The position numbers were made by a program, and so were the translations under genes. 64,000 nucleotides of DNA, from contig JAEWWJ010000114.1 of NCBI GenBank assembly GCA_023396415.1, forward strand, positions 4,116-68,115, in the 5' to 3' direction. Within the stretch, counting starts at the first letter, position 1. Every line of letters begins with the position of its first letter. Shown here in pieces: positions 18,680 through 28,519 of the stretch. The notes beneath the pieces are model-generated. The model saw nothing but the letters and a program-made list of their open reading frames with translations. It was not told the origin of the DNA and did not search any database. This stretch comes from Bacteroidota bacterium (GTDB lineage Bacteria > Bacteroidota > Bacteroidia > Bacteroidales > F082).

Positions 18680-20290
18680 TTAGAAGCTGATATCGAGACC
18701 TAAAGCCGCTGTAAAGGTATGGCGGTTATAGGTTTCGGTGTATGCCGGATAAGGTGCGGCAGCGGCAAAATCGCGTTTGCCTTCTTGGTATGCAGTGTTC
18801 ATTGCACCCAAGTTGATGGCAATCTTTTCGTTGAATTTATATTGCAAACCACCTCCAAAAGTGTTGGTGTTGAGGCTATGGCTCAGGTCGCTTTGGTAAA
18901 GCTCCATCACACCGGTACGTGTGCCAAGGTATCCAAGACTTACCAACCACTTGTCGTTGAGGGCATACTCAAGGCCAAGGGCAAACTCGTTGGAGTTTTT
19001 ATCCATCACCTTGTCGTTTTTTACGTATTCACCATTGATTTTTTTGCCGTATTCAGCAGATTTGTCCATGTAAAGATGTAAGCCGGCGCTCACTTTCAGT
19101 TTATCTGTTACATCATATGCTGCGCCTATGGCAAACATGGCAGGCATGTCGCTGGGTACTTCGGCGCCATCAGGAAACATTCCTACATCATCAACTTTGG
19201 TTGAGTTCTTCACTTTTACACTGGCTTTGAGTTCGTATTTAAGTCCAATGTTGAGGCGCTCGAAATTGAAATTCACACCTATAAAAGGAACAATACCCGA
19301 GCCCGATTGGCTGGCATCCACTTCTTTGTCGCCGGTAGCCTTGGCATTGGCTGACATAGCAGCAGATTGACCAGCATATTGCGTCGAAGCACCTGCGAAA
19401 AATCCTTGGGCATCGCCAATAGTCATGTTGGTAGGATCGCCTCCCAAGGAGGTAATGGTTTGTTGCAAACTAGCCACTTGAGCAGCGGTTAGACCGGCCA
19501 TGGTTCCTGCTGACAGAGGAACTCCGCCGCCACCGCCATCAATAATTGGCTGAAGTGAGCTACCGGTGGCTCCAAGCTGGGTACTTACTGTGCCAAGGTA
19601 GCCTGAAAGTTTTGTGAAAAATTCAGGAGCTCCTACCATTGAACCATCATAATTCAATGCCGGAAAAGTTGGATTTACTTGGATATTTTTCAAATATCCA
19701 ACATAGCTGTTGCTCATGGTCACATAACGCAAACCCAAAGCTACTGAAACCATTTTATTGACTTTGTAGCTTGCTCCACCTTGAAAACCATAGTATATGG
19801 ACTTGCCTTCAAACTCGGTTTCATAGCTGTACTTTGTTGTAGGAATACCACCAGCACTCAACATTGAAGGTAAGCCTGCTACTTGCATCTCAAAGGAGGG
19901 CAGCCCATCTTCAAACAAGGCACCACCGCCACCCCCAATGGGAGTGAAACCAAAAGAAAAGGCAAACTTACCTGTTTTGTAAACGGCATAAACCGAAGGG
20001 AAGAGCGGAGCTTTTACACTTCCATCGAACTCACTACGGTTCAATCCGGGAAAAGTTGTTTTGATGTTTCTACTTTGGGTAATGAATTGGTTACTCAAAC
20101 TCAAGTGAAAACCATCTTTAAGGTAGGTGAGACCCGCCGGATTAAAATAGGTTGCATCCAATCCTAAGGACGCATCGCGGGCCGGCATTCGGACAAAAGA
20201 CGCGCTTTGGTTGGTATTGTGAACAATACCGCCAGCCATTGAAACAAGTGCTAAAGCACTGAACATAAAGGATAAAATTGTTTTTTTCAT
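18680..20290 (-). CDS. Outer-membrane beta-barrel transport protein, FadL/TodX-like
   Basis: 536 aa with signal peptide MKKTILSFMFSALALVSMA. The N-terminal hatch-like segment is ARDASLGLDATYFNPAGL. The body has alternating amphipathic strands rich in G/Y, and the protein ends in an aromatic residue (ISF). Confidence 0.6.
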   Translation of the reverse strand: MKKTILSFMFSALALVSMAGGIVHNTNQSASFVRMPARDASLGLDATYFNPAGLTYLKDGFHLSLSNQFITQSRNIKTTFPGLNRSEFDGSVKAPLFPSVYAVYKTGKFAFSFGFTPIGGGGGALFEDGLPSFEMQVAGLPSMLSAGGIPTTKYSYETEFEGKSIYYGFQGGASYKVNKMVSVALGLRYVTMSNSYVGYLKNIQVNPTFPALNYDGSMVGAPEFFTKLSGYLGTVSTQLGATGSSLQPIIDGGGGGVPLSAGTMAGLTAAQVASLQQTITSLGGDPTNMTIGDAQGFFAGASTQYAGQSAAMSANAKATGDKEVDASQSGSGIVPFIGVNFNFERLNIGLKYELKASVKVKNSTKVDDVGMFPDGAEVPSDMPAMFAIGAAYDVTDKLKVSAGLHLYMDKSAEYGKKINGEYVKNDKVMDKNSNEFALGLEYALNDKWLVSLGYLGTRTGVMELYQSDLSHSLNTNTFGGGLQYKFNEKIAINLGAMNTAYQEGKRDFAAAAPYPAYTETYNRHTFTAALGLDISF

Positions 20291-20625
20291 AGGTTAAAGT
20301 TTTGATTTGTGCGGGTTAAAAGTATAGCAACTATTTCATATGGCAAAATTTATATTTGTTCTTTTTCAAGCTGAAGGAGGGCGGCTGGCTGTTTAAGGCT
20401 TAGACGATTAGCTAAAGGAGACTATAAGTGATTGCAGCTTTTCAAGAAATTAGAGGGTTTCAACCCGCACCTATGGGATAAATGATTGGATTTTCTATCT
20501 GAGGCTTAACCCTAAATCTTTATTTCCACATGGAGTTAAGACCTCTAGGAAATTTATTTTCGACTCCACAGAACCCTTTTGATGGGGGTTGCTGAAACCG
20601 TTTGTAAATCATGTGCTTTTATATT

Positions 20626-20633
20626 TAAATTTG
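20626..20633 (+). promoter_or_regulatory. Bacteroidota -7 promoter box (TAAATTTG)
   Basis: Exact TAnnTTTG, 16 nt upstream of ATG 20649. A second exact box (TATATTTG) lies at 20351..20358. Confidence 0.35.
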
Positions 20634-20648
20634 CGGCTTCAATTTTCA

Positions 20649-21848
20649 ATGGTTCTACTTATGTTAACTACAATTAACCTCCGCGGAAAGTGGTTTCGGT
20701 TGCTTTCAATCCTTATCATTTTGCTTGTTTTTAATCCGTTGATGGCACAGCCGCCTGCCGGCTACTATGCCACAGCCACGGGAACAGGAGCAACACTGAA
20801 AACACAGTTGTACGAAATCATTAAAGGTCATACCAATATGGGTTATGATGGTTTGTACAATTGTTATAAAACAACCGATGATGTGGACAACGCAGGCCAG
20901 ATTGTTTGGGATATGTACAGCGACATTCCCGGCCCGACTCCCGAGCCTTACGTGTATCGCTTCAGCAATTCGAGCGATAAATGTGGAACATACAACAGCG
21001 AAGGCGACTGCTATAACCGCGAACATTCCATGCCCGCGAGTTGGTTCAAGGACGCATCGCCCATGTATAGCGATCTTTTTCTCGTGGTGCCCACAGATGG
21101 TTATGTCAACAACCGACGTAGCAATTACCCATTTGGAGAAGTTGGTGCAGCCTCTTGGACTTCGCTAAACGGCAGTAAATTAGGTAGTTGTGATGTTCCA
21201 GGCTACTCAGGCATGGTATTTGAACCCATTGATGAATACAAAGGCGATTTTGCACGTGCCTATTTTTATATCGCTACACGCTATCAGAACGTCAATGCCA
21301 ATTGGTATAACAATACGCCACAGGCCAATGTAGCCTTGGTCAACAATAACTTTCCGTTTTTTGAAACCTGGTACCTCAACATGCTGGCGAGTTGGCATGT
21401 GAACGATCCTGTTTCGCAAAAAGAAATTGACCGCAACAATGCTGTTTATGCTTTTCAAGGCAACAGAAACCCGTTTGTTGACAATCCAGGCTATGTATAT
21501 AAGGTGTGGGGTGTGGGTCAACCCGAAACGATTGCCGAACCCACGCAATTGCCGACTAATTTTTCGAGCCGCAGTGTAGCCCTCAATTGGACTGATGGCG
21601 GCAATACCGATGGCTATTTGGTGCGCATCAGCAGTGTGGGCTTTGATGATATTGTTGCTCCAACCGACGGTTTGATGTACAGCGGCACCTCCGCTTATTA
21701 TATCACAGCCGGCACAGAAACTGCCATTATTGGTGGATTACAGCCCAACACCACCTATTATTTTAAACTTTTCCCCTACAACGGCAGTGGATTGGGCATC
21801 AATTATAAAGTGGACGGTCCGCCACAGATAAGCGTGCTTACAGATTAG
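20649..21848 (+). CDS. Secreted endonuclease I family nuclease with a C-terminal FN3 domain
   Basis: Signal/TM segment WFRLLSILIILLVFNPLMAQ. Endonuclease I-type strings are present: YYATATGTGATLKTQLYEIIKGH, YNREHSMPASWF, DLFLVVPTDGYVNNRRSNYPFGEV, NRNPFVDNP. The FN3-like tail contains YYFKLFPYNGSG. The start is moved to Met21 of the track ORF. Confidence 0.75.
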   Translation: MVLLMLTTINLRGKWFRLLSILIILLVFNPLMAQPPAGYYATATGTGATLKTQLYEIIKGHTNMGYDGLYNCYKTTDDVDNAGQIVWDMYSDIPGPTPEPYVYRFSNSSDKCGTYNSEGDCYNREHSMPASWFKDASPMYSDLFLVVPTDGYVNNRRSNYPFGEVGAASWTSLNGSKLGSCDVPGYSGMVFEPIDEYKGDFARAYFYIATRYQNVNANWYNNTPQANVALVNNNFPFFETWYLNMLASWHVNDPVSQKEIDRNNAVYAFQGNRNPFVDNPGYVYKVWGVGQPETIAEPTQLPTNFSSRSVALNWTDGGNTDGYLVRISSVGFDDIVAPTDGLMYSGTSAYYITAGTETAIIGGLQPNTTYYFKLFPYNGSGLGINYKVDGPPQISVLTD

Positions 21849-21888
21849 TAACGATTGACAAGTAAAAAGTTTTAAACCCGATCATTTT

Positions 21889-24800
21889 ATGAAACAAAGC
21901 ATATACCTCAGCTGTCTTCTCGCCTTCGCCCTGTTTATGGGGCCAAAAGGATGGACACAAACAGCGTTTACAGCCACTTATACTTTTGGGTCTAACGGCG
22001 ATGTAACTTCTTTTACCTATAATGGCACTACATACACCGGTATTGCACCTGCACCTATTATGAAAGTTGGTGTTACAAATACCTCCAGTACAGGGAATTT
22101 TCGCGCAAGCGGATGGCCAACTGCCGCAACAGCTGATGTGAATAAATATATCGGTTTTACGATTGCTGCTCAATCCGGATATAAGTTCACTGTAAACACC
22201 ATCAATTTTGGCATCGGACGCAGTGGAACCGGAACACGCACAACACAATGGCGAGGAAGTGCAGATACTTACAGTGCACTTTTAAATAATTATACTACAC
22301 TCAATAGCTCAATCACCAACACTTCTGGAGAACTCGCTAATCCCAATGAAAACTCTAACTGGACCGGAAACATTTTGACACTCGGTTCAGAATACGCAAA
22401 CATCACTACATCATGTGGTTTCAGGATGTATTTATATGCTGCTGGAGCCACCGCAGGCACAGCTGGTTTAGCAGGTCCTATTACCATCACCGGAACTTTT
22501 GAGCCCGATGCTCTGGTTCCCACTTTAACTGTTACCCCAACCACTTTGTCCAACTTCAATTATACTGTCGGGAACGGTCCTTCAGCAAGCCAATCCTACA
22601 CTTTGAGTGGTGCAAACCTAAGCGGCTTCCCAGGCAATATCACCGTAACCGGAAGTACCAACTACCAAGTTTCCACCAATAATTCAACTTTCAGCAATAG
22701 CCTACAAGTGCCGTACACAACTGCTACTTTGGCTTCAACACCAATTTATGTTCGCCTAAAATCCGGCCTTGCCGTTGGTTCATACAACAGCGAAACCATT
22801 GCCAGCACTGGCGGTGGAGCCACCGTAAAAAATGTTACAGTAAGCGGTAGCGTTTCGCCTCTGCCGATACCCGAAGCCCCTTTTGCCAATGCTGCAACTG
22901 CCGTTGGCGCGACAACATTCACTGCCAATTGGGAGACGACAGCAAATGCAACATCTTATGAAATAGATGTTTACACCCTAACCGGAAGTCCGACCACCGT
23001 CATATCAGAAAATTTTAATGGCTTTACTGCCGGCACAAGTGGTTCAGGAGCAGATGGTTCAGATGTTTCCGGAGGCCTCAACACCTATACCCAAACCGCA
23101 GGCTGGACTGGAAGCAAGGTGTATCAAGCCGGAGGGACGGCAAAAATGGGTTCATCGTCCGCTTTAGGATCTATCGTCAGCCCGGAAATAGATTTATCAT
23201 CCGCCTCAGGAAATTTCAGTCTTGCTTTTGAAGCCATGGCCTGGAGTGGAGATGCCACAAGTTTAAAAATTTATCTGAATGATGTTTTGGTGCAAACAGT
23301 AACGGGCTTGAATAACTCAAGTTACACTTTAAGCCCCTTCAGTATTGATTTATCGGGAGGCACCGCCAACTCAAAAATAAAATTTGAGGGCCAGCAAGCC
23401 TCAAAAGGTCGTTTCTTTTTGGAGAATTTAGTTGTAACTAAAGGTGCCACAACAATTACACCTATTTCCGGCTCGCCTTTTACCACCACCGAAACCAATA
23501 AAATCATAAGTGGCTTGAGTCCAAACACCACCTATTACTATAGGGTTCGGGCGAAAAACGCTGCCGGAACCAGTAACAATTCAAATGTCATTGCAACAAC
23601 AACTTTAGCAGCAGTAGGTCTGCCGGTCGTGTCCAATTCAACGGCCACCGCCATTGGTGAAACCATTGCTACACTAGGCGGCGAGATCATTTCCGACGAA
23701 GGATTTGCCATCACCGAAAGAGGAACGGTTTGGGCCACCAATCCGGGAGTTACCATCAGCGACAATAAACTGGCCGAAGGAAACACGGCAACAGGCGTTT
23801 TTAGTCATCAAAGAACAGGATTGCCGGCTGAAACATTGATTTATTTCAGGGCTTATGCCACCAACGCCAACGGAACAAGCCTTTCAGAAGAAAGCAGTTT
23901 CACCACTTATGCCTCTGAACCACTGACACATGCCACAGGGTTCAATGGCTCAAACGTTTCTACCACCTCAACTACCATCACCTTGACCTGGACAAACCCA
24001 ACACCGGCCTCGGAAAGCTATTTGATTAAAGGGGTTGTGGGCACAGGAACCATTGCCAATCCTGTTGATAATGTGCCAGAAACTGATGCCCTTTTGGTGA
24101 AGAATTTAGCCGCAACTGCTGAAAACTATACCTTTACGGGACTGACACCATCCACCACTTACACATTCAAGATTTTTCCATACAATGGATCAGGTTCAAA
24201 CCTTAACTATCTCGTTACCAATGCTCCTCAAACATCGGCTACCACCACAGCCCTACAGCCAAGGGCGAAAATTTTTATCAGCGAATACATCGAAGGCAAC
24301 TCCAATAACAAAGCCATCGAAATTGTAAACAAAGAGGCAACACCCATCAATCTGGCCTTACTCCATGTTAGGAATTATTCCAATGGTTCCGCTACAATTT
24401 CAACTCAACTGAATACGCTTTCGGGAACTCTTGCTCCCGGACAGGTTTTTGTGGTCGCCAATTCCGGCGCTGCTGCTGACTTTCTATCTTATGCCAATCA
24501 CACCGGTTCAGCAGTTACAACTTTCAATGGTGATGACGCTTTGGAGATTGTTTATGACGGACAAGTGACGGATGTATTCGGTACTATTGGCACAGACCCC
24601 GGCACTGCTTGGTCCGTTTGTGGTGTTGCCGATGCAACAGTAAATAAAACCCTCATCAGAAAATTAAGTGTAACCCAAGGAAACACTATAAATGCCGGTT
24701 CTTTTGGCACTGACCTTGAAAATACAGAATGGATCATCAAAGACATTGACTATTCCGCCAATTTGGGTGCTTATGGAAGTGCTTTTACCGGAACTACCAG

Positions 24801-26316
24801 CAGCGAATGGAGCATCAGTGCTAACTGGGACATGGGAATTCCCACTGAGAGTGTTGCCGCCATAATTCCTATTGCTGCTAACAATCCTCTTTTAAGCACT
24901 GAAAAAACGGTGGCCAATCTTTTGGTAAAAGAGGGCGGCAGCCTCAGCATTTCAGGCCGATTGACCGTTTCCGAAAAGCTCACCAACAATGCCGGAACAA
25001 GCGGAATGATCATCAAATCAAGTGGTTCGGGCACAGGATCGTTGCTACACAACAGCAACAATGTGTCGGCCACTGTTGAACGCTACATCACCGGAAACAC
25101 CGTCCTCACTGCCTTTGACTATCATTTGGTTTCCATTCCGCTCAACACCAATGTAACCACGGCACAGTTTATGGGAGCATATCTTTACCAATTCAATACA
25201 GCTAGTCAACAGTGGGAAACGATGGGTACTTCAACAACAACGCCGCTTTGGAACAACCAAGGCTTTATGATTTACTACCCCAATAGCAGCCACACTTACA
25301 ATTTCGAAGGCGAGCTCAACAATGGGACATTCAGTTTGTCAACACCTCTTTCATCGGCTGATCAATTTGCTTTGGTGCCTAACCCCTACCCCTCGGCCAT
25401 TGACTGGGATCAGGCTTCGGGCTGGACGAAAATGAATTTTTATGATGCCATCTGGATTTGGGATCCTGTAGCCAATCAATACGCCACTTACGGCGCATAT
25501 CTCGGAGTAAATGGCGCAACAAAAGACATCCCCTCTGGTCAAGCTTTTTTTGTTAAATCGAACGGTGGCAGTGCCTTTTTATCGGTCAACAATGCTGCCC
25601 GTTTGCACAGTGGTCAGCATTTCTTTAAAAAAGGTTCAAATCTCGAAAAAGACGTTTTGCGGATTCATGCCCATGCCAACAATTTGAAAGACGAGATCGC
25701 CATCAGATTTACACGCAATGCAGAAGCTGCCTTTGACACAAAAGACGTTGACAAGCTTTTTGGCGCCGATATCGCTCCTCAGCTCTATAGCCTCACTTCC
25801 GACAACCGCCAATTGGCCATCAACAGCCTTCCGTATTCTGCTGAAACGATGGTTGTTCCAATGGGTTTTGAAATTACGGGCGATGAAACCGTCAGTTTTA
25901 CACTGGAAGGTATTGAAAGCTTTGAACCTACGGTGGGCATATTACTCGAAGACGTGGTTTTGAATCAATGGATCAATTTACGCGAACAAAACACTTATAC
26001 TTTTCAACATTTGACCAACGAGAATCCACAGCGCTTTCTACTTCATTTTATGGGAGTTACAGCCACGGGCGAGCAAGCTGCAGCCGAAACCGGACAGATT
26101 TGGAATGTGGGTTCAAAGTTGTATTTGTCATTTCCTGAACGCCAAAATGAACGCGCTGAATTAGAAATTTATGATGTTCTTGGTCGCAAAATCGACAGTC
26201 AATCCCTAACCTTAGGCGCAGCCACAGTTGTTTCCATCTCTTATAATGGAATTGCTTTTGTTCAATTGCGCGTGGGCACTCAGGTGTATTCCAAAAAAGT
26301 GTTCATTCAACAATAA
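21889..26316 (+). CDS. Giant T9SS-sorted surface protein with FN3 repeats and a lamin-tail domain (LTD)
   Basis: 1475 aa with signal peptide MKQSIYLSCLLAFALFMG. FN3 signatures are YYYRVRAKNAAGTS and YTFKIFPYNGSGSN. The LTD-like segment is KIFISEYIEGNSNNKAIEIVNKEATPINL...LAPGQVFVVANSG...FNGDDALEIVYDG. The C-terminus LEIYDVLGRKI...VYSKKVFIQQ is T9SS CTD-like. Confidence 0.85.
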   Translation: MKQSIYLSCLLAFALFMGPKGWTQTAFTATYTFGSNGDVTSFTYNGTTYTGIAPAPIMKVGVTNTSSTGNFRASGWPTAATADVNKYIGFTIAAQSGYKFTVNTINFGIGRSGTGTRTTQWRGSADTYSALLNNYTTLNSSITNTSGELANPNENSNWTGNILTLGSEYANITTSCGFRMYLYAAGATAGTAGLAGPITITGTFEPDALVPTLTVTPTTLSNFNYTVGNGPSASQSYTLSGANLSGFPGNITVTGSTNYQVSTNNSTFSNSLQVPYTTATLASTPIYVRLKSGLAVGSYNSETIASTGGGATVKNVTVSGSVSPLPIPEAPFANAATAVGATTFTANWETTANATSYEIDVYTLTGSPTTVISENFNGFTAGTSGSGADGSDVSGGLNTYTQTAGWTGSKVYQAGGTAKMGSSSALGSIVSPEIDLSSASGNFSLAFEAMAWSGDATSLKIYLNDVLVQTVTGLNNSSYTLSPFSIDLSGGTANSKIKFEGQQASKGRFFLENLVVTKGATTITPISGSPFTTTETNKIISGLSPNTTYYYRVRAKNAAGTSNNSNVIATTTLAAVGLPVVSNSTATAIGETIATLGGEIISDEGFAITERGTVWATNPGVTISDNKLAEGNTATGVFSHQRTGLPAETLIYFRAYATNANGTSLSEESSFTTYASEPLTHATGFNGSNVSTTSTTITLTWTNPTPASESYLIKGVVGTGTIANPVDNVPETDALLVKNLAATAENYTFTGLTPSTTYTFKIFPYNGSGSNLNYLVTNAPQTSATTTALQPRAKIFISEYIEGNSNNKAIEIVNKEATPINLALLHVRNYSNGSATISTQLNTLSGTLAPGQVFVVANSGAAADFLSYANHTGSAVTTFNGDDALEIVYDGQVTDVFGTIGTDPGTAWSVCGVADATVNKTLIRKLSVTQGNTINAGSFGTDLENTEWIIKDIDYSANLGAYGSAFTGTTSSEWSISANWDMGIPTESVAAIIPIAANNPLLSTEKTVANLLVKEGGSLSISGRLTVSEKLTNNAGTSGMIIKSSGSGTGSLLHNSNNVSATVERYITGNTVLTAFDYHLVSIPLNTNVTTAQFMGAYLYQFNTASQQWETMGTSTTTPLWNNQGFMIYYPNSSHTYNFEGELNNGTFSLSTPLSSADQFALVPNPYPSAIDWDQASGWTKMNFYDAIWIWDPVANQYATYGAYLGVNGATKDIPSGQAFFVKSNGGSAFLSVNNAARLHSGQHFFKKGSNLEKDVLRIHAHANNLKDEIAIRFTRNAEAAFDTKDVDKLFGADIAPQLYSLTSDNRQLAINSLPYSAETMVVPMGFEITGDETVSFTLEGIESFEPTVGILLEDVVLNQWINLREQNTYTFQHLTNENPQRFLLHFMGVTATGEQAAAETGQIWNVGSKLYLSFPERQNERAELEIYDVLGRKIDSQSLTLGAATVVSISYNGIAFVQLRVGTQVYSKKVFIQQ

Positions 26317-26322
26317 AAAACC

Positions 26323-26562
26323 ATGAAAACACGAACGATTAAAAATATTTTTATTGTAGCCCTACTTTTGTTGGGAAGTCATTTATTGGCTCAAGGCCCT
26401 CCCAATCCTCCGGGCGATCCATCCGTTGGCGGCGGCCCTATCGGTGGGTCGGCACCTCTTGAAGGTGGTCTTGGTATTTTATTGACATTGGGTGCCGCCT
26501 ACGGCGGAAAGAAAATCTATATTGCTTTTCGCAAGGAAAAAGATGCAATGAAGAGTGAATAG
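26323..26562 (+). CDS. Small secreted Pro/Gly-rich protein ending in a CTERM-like signal (motif, TM helix, basic tail)
   Basis: 79 aa. Signal peptide MKTRTIKNIFIVALLLLGSHLLAQ, then GPPNPPGDPSVGGGPIGGSAPLEGG, then the hydrophobic stretch LGILLTLGAAYGG, then KKIYIAFRKEKDAMKSE. It starts 6 nt after the stop of the giant gene. Confidence 0.6.
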   Translation: MKTRTIKNIFIVALLLLGSHLLAQGPPNPPGDPSVGGGPIGGSAPLEGGLGILLTLGAAYGGKKIYIAFRKEKDAMKSE

Positions 26563-26648
26563 AGCTTGCGCCAGCCCGCTGTCCTGAACTTATCGAAGGG
26601 AAAACAAAAATCAAAGAACACTAAAAGAGACCTTAAAGTCTGAAAACC

Positions 26649-26710
26649 AAATTTTTGAATCTTGAATCTTGAATTTTGAATTTTAAATCCCAGAACAAAG
26701 AACAAAAAAC
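26649..26710. repeat. Second copy of the TGAATCT-heptamer intergenic repeat
   Basis: AAATTTTTGAATCTTGAATCTTGAATTTTGAATTTTAAATCCCAGAACAAAGAACAAAAAAC. Compare with 8748..8787. Confidence 0.7.
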
Positions 26711-26716
26711 ACCTCG

Positions 26717-27652
26717 CTAATACATCCTGCTTCTCTTAATCAAAAACTGGCTTAAAATCTGGTTGTATCCTTTGTTGATGTCGGCTTCCACATAGTCTAT
26801 TTTATACTGGCCGCATTTCAATTTGATCTCATTTTTGCGTTCTATAACGGCCTTACGGTAAGCCTCTTGCACTTGAATAGGATTGAGCTTGAGGGTAGTT
26901 TTGGTTTCCATATCAACAAAACGATAGGGACGATTTTCGAGGTTCAGCTCCTCCTCCAATTGGTGGTCCATCACATGAAAGAGCACCACCTCGTGCTTGT
27001 TGTATCTCAGGTGGCGCAAAGCCGGAAACAGTTCATCGGCTTGGGCCGGATCGTCCATCATGTCACTGAAAATGATAACGAGGGAACGCCGGTGGGTGCG
27101 TTCTGCAATTTGATGCAAAGCCTCGGCAGCCGCGGTGCGGCGAGCTTGTTTGGCTTTTACGGGATCAATGAGGTTTTCCAGCAGACTCAAAAGGTAGCGG
27201 TGATGTATTTTGTTCGATTTTACCGCAGTGTGCATGTCTAACTGTTCCGAAAAAAGACTCAATCCAACAGCATCGCGCTGACGTTGCATCAACTCCATCA
27301 AGCTGGCTGCCGAATACACCGAAAACAACAGCTTGTCGGGCTGGTCAATGGAAGGCTTCTCGCGAAACGGAAAATACATCGAAGAGGAGTGGTCAATCAC
27401 CAATTGGCAGCGCAAGTTGGTTTCTTCCTCGTAGCGTTTCACAAACATTTTTTCGGAACGTGCGTAAAGCTTCCAATCAATATGGCGCGTGGATTCACCA
27501 TTATTATACAAACGATGCTCAGCAAACTCCACCGAAAAACCATGAAAAGGACTTTTGTGAAGCCCAGTGATGAAGCCTTCCACAACCTGACGCGCCAAAA
27601 GCTCTAGGCTTCCTAAACGGGCAAGATGATTACGATCAATGAAGTGGCTCAT
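26717..27652 (-). CDS. DUF58 domain protein (MoxR-associated vWA-like)
   Basis: HKSPFHGFSVEFAEHRLYNNGESTRHIDWKLYARSEKMFVKRYEEETNL and DHSSSM are typical of DUF58. The start is set at MSHFIDRN (27652). Confidence 0.8.
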   Translation of the reverse strand: MSHFIDRNHLARLGSLELLARQVVEGFITGLHKSPFHGFSVEFAEHRLYNNGESTRHIDWKLYARSEKMFVKRYEEETNLRCQLVIDHSSSMYFPFREKPSIDQPDKLLFSVYSAASLMELMQRQRDAVGLSLFSEQLDMHTAVKSNKIHHRYLLSLLENLIDPVKAKQARRTAAAEALHQIAERTHRRSLVIIFSDMMDDPAQADELFPALRHLRYNKHEVVLFHVMDHQLEEELNLENRPYRFVDMETKTTLKLNPIQVQEAYRKAVIERKNEIKLKCGQYKIDYVEADINKGYNQILSQFLIKRSRMY

Positions 27653-27766
27653 CTGTAATGGTTTAATGTGTAATATGGAGCTATTTAATGAAAACAAAGG
27701 CTACCATCTTTTGCAAACGTTTAAAGGCGTTCAAAAAAATGGCAGCTCAATGCGAAAGATTACCGG

Positions 27767-28084
27767 TTAAAGCAAGGCTTCCAATTTCTTTACAATCGCA
27801 GCTTTTGGAACCGCTCCAACTTGTTTATCCACTACCTGACCTCCTTTAAAAAAGAGAATAGTGGGAATATTGCGGATGCCATAGGCATTGGCTGAGGCCG
27901 GGTTGGTATCCACATCGAGTTTCACAACCTTAGCTTTGCCTTCGTATTCTTTACCAATTTCCTCGACAATTGGACCTACCATGCGACAAGGACCGCACCA
28001 AACTGCCCAAAAATCAACAATAACAGGAACATCGGAATCTAAAACATCTTCTTTGAAAGAAGCATCAGTAACATTAAGCGCCAT
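27767..28084 (-). CDS. trxA: Thioredoxin
   Basis: 105 aa with the active site WAVWCGPC and typical thioredoxin length and flanks (VIVDFWA...[11 protein letters not shown]). Confidence 0.95.
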   Translation of the reverse strand: MALNVTDASFKEDVLDSDVPVIVDFWAVWCGPCRMVGPIVEEIGKEYEGKAKVVKLDVDTNPASANAYGIRNIPTILFFKGGQVVDKQVGAVPKAAIVKKLEALL

Positions 28085-28113
28085 AACGGTATTTTTTTAA
28101 AGTTTTATGTGGG

Positions 28114-28121
28114 CAAAGATA
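28114..28121 (-). promoter_or_regulatory. Bacteroidota -7 promoter box (TATCTTTG on minus strand)
   Basis: The plus strand reads CAAAGATA, 30 nt upstream of trxA start 28084. Confidence 0.45.
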
Positions 28122-28386
28122 AAGCTATTCTTTAAACAAGGTTTGAAATTGGCATTTCTTAAAGTAAAAACAGAAAGGCTTCAATCATAAAATGCTCCGC
28201 ACCAAAGACAAAACAAATGAGCAATACTTGACGGTTTTGACAAGGTTAGGTGGGCAATGGCTTATTCATAAAAAACGATAAAACAATGATTTATTCCGAA
28301 AATAGCGATGACTTTTAGCGCATTTCTTAGATAAAACAAAGGAAGGCAACAATACGAAGCTTGTTGAATGTCAAAATGAGATTTTC

Positions 28387-28403
28387 ATTCCAATATTCGG
28401 AAT
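28387..28403 (+). promoter_or_regulatory. Inverted repeat ATTCC-N7-GGAAT upstream of lipoprotein paralog 1
   Basis: ATTCC AATATTC GGAAT. The GGAAT is 121 nt upstream of ATG 28520 (133 nt from ATG 28532). It belongs to the same half-site family as 31538, 32533, 13660 and 51437. Confidence 0.45.
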
Positions 28404-28519
28404 CGGTACGTATGAATACTTATACATATCAACCGATAAAAAAAATATATGTCTGAAAATAAGTTATATACTGAGGTCAAAAATATCTTGGTCTGATTAT
28501 TGCTTACCTCTAACCCCAA

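Noticed and set aside
18492-18683. 63 aa ORF MGFWSLAFGCWLDCW... after dnaE.
   Set aside because: Its translation merely reflects the TTGGNNN heptamer repeat and the A-rich terminator region. It overlaps terminator-like hairpins.
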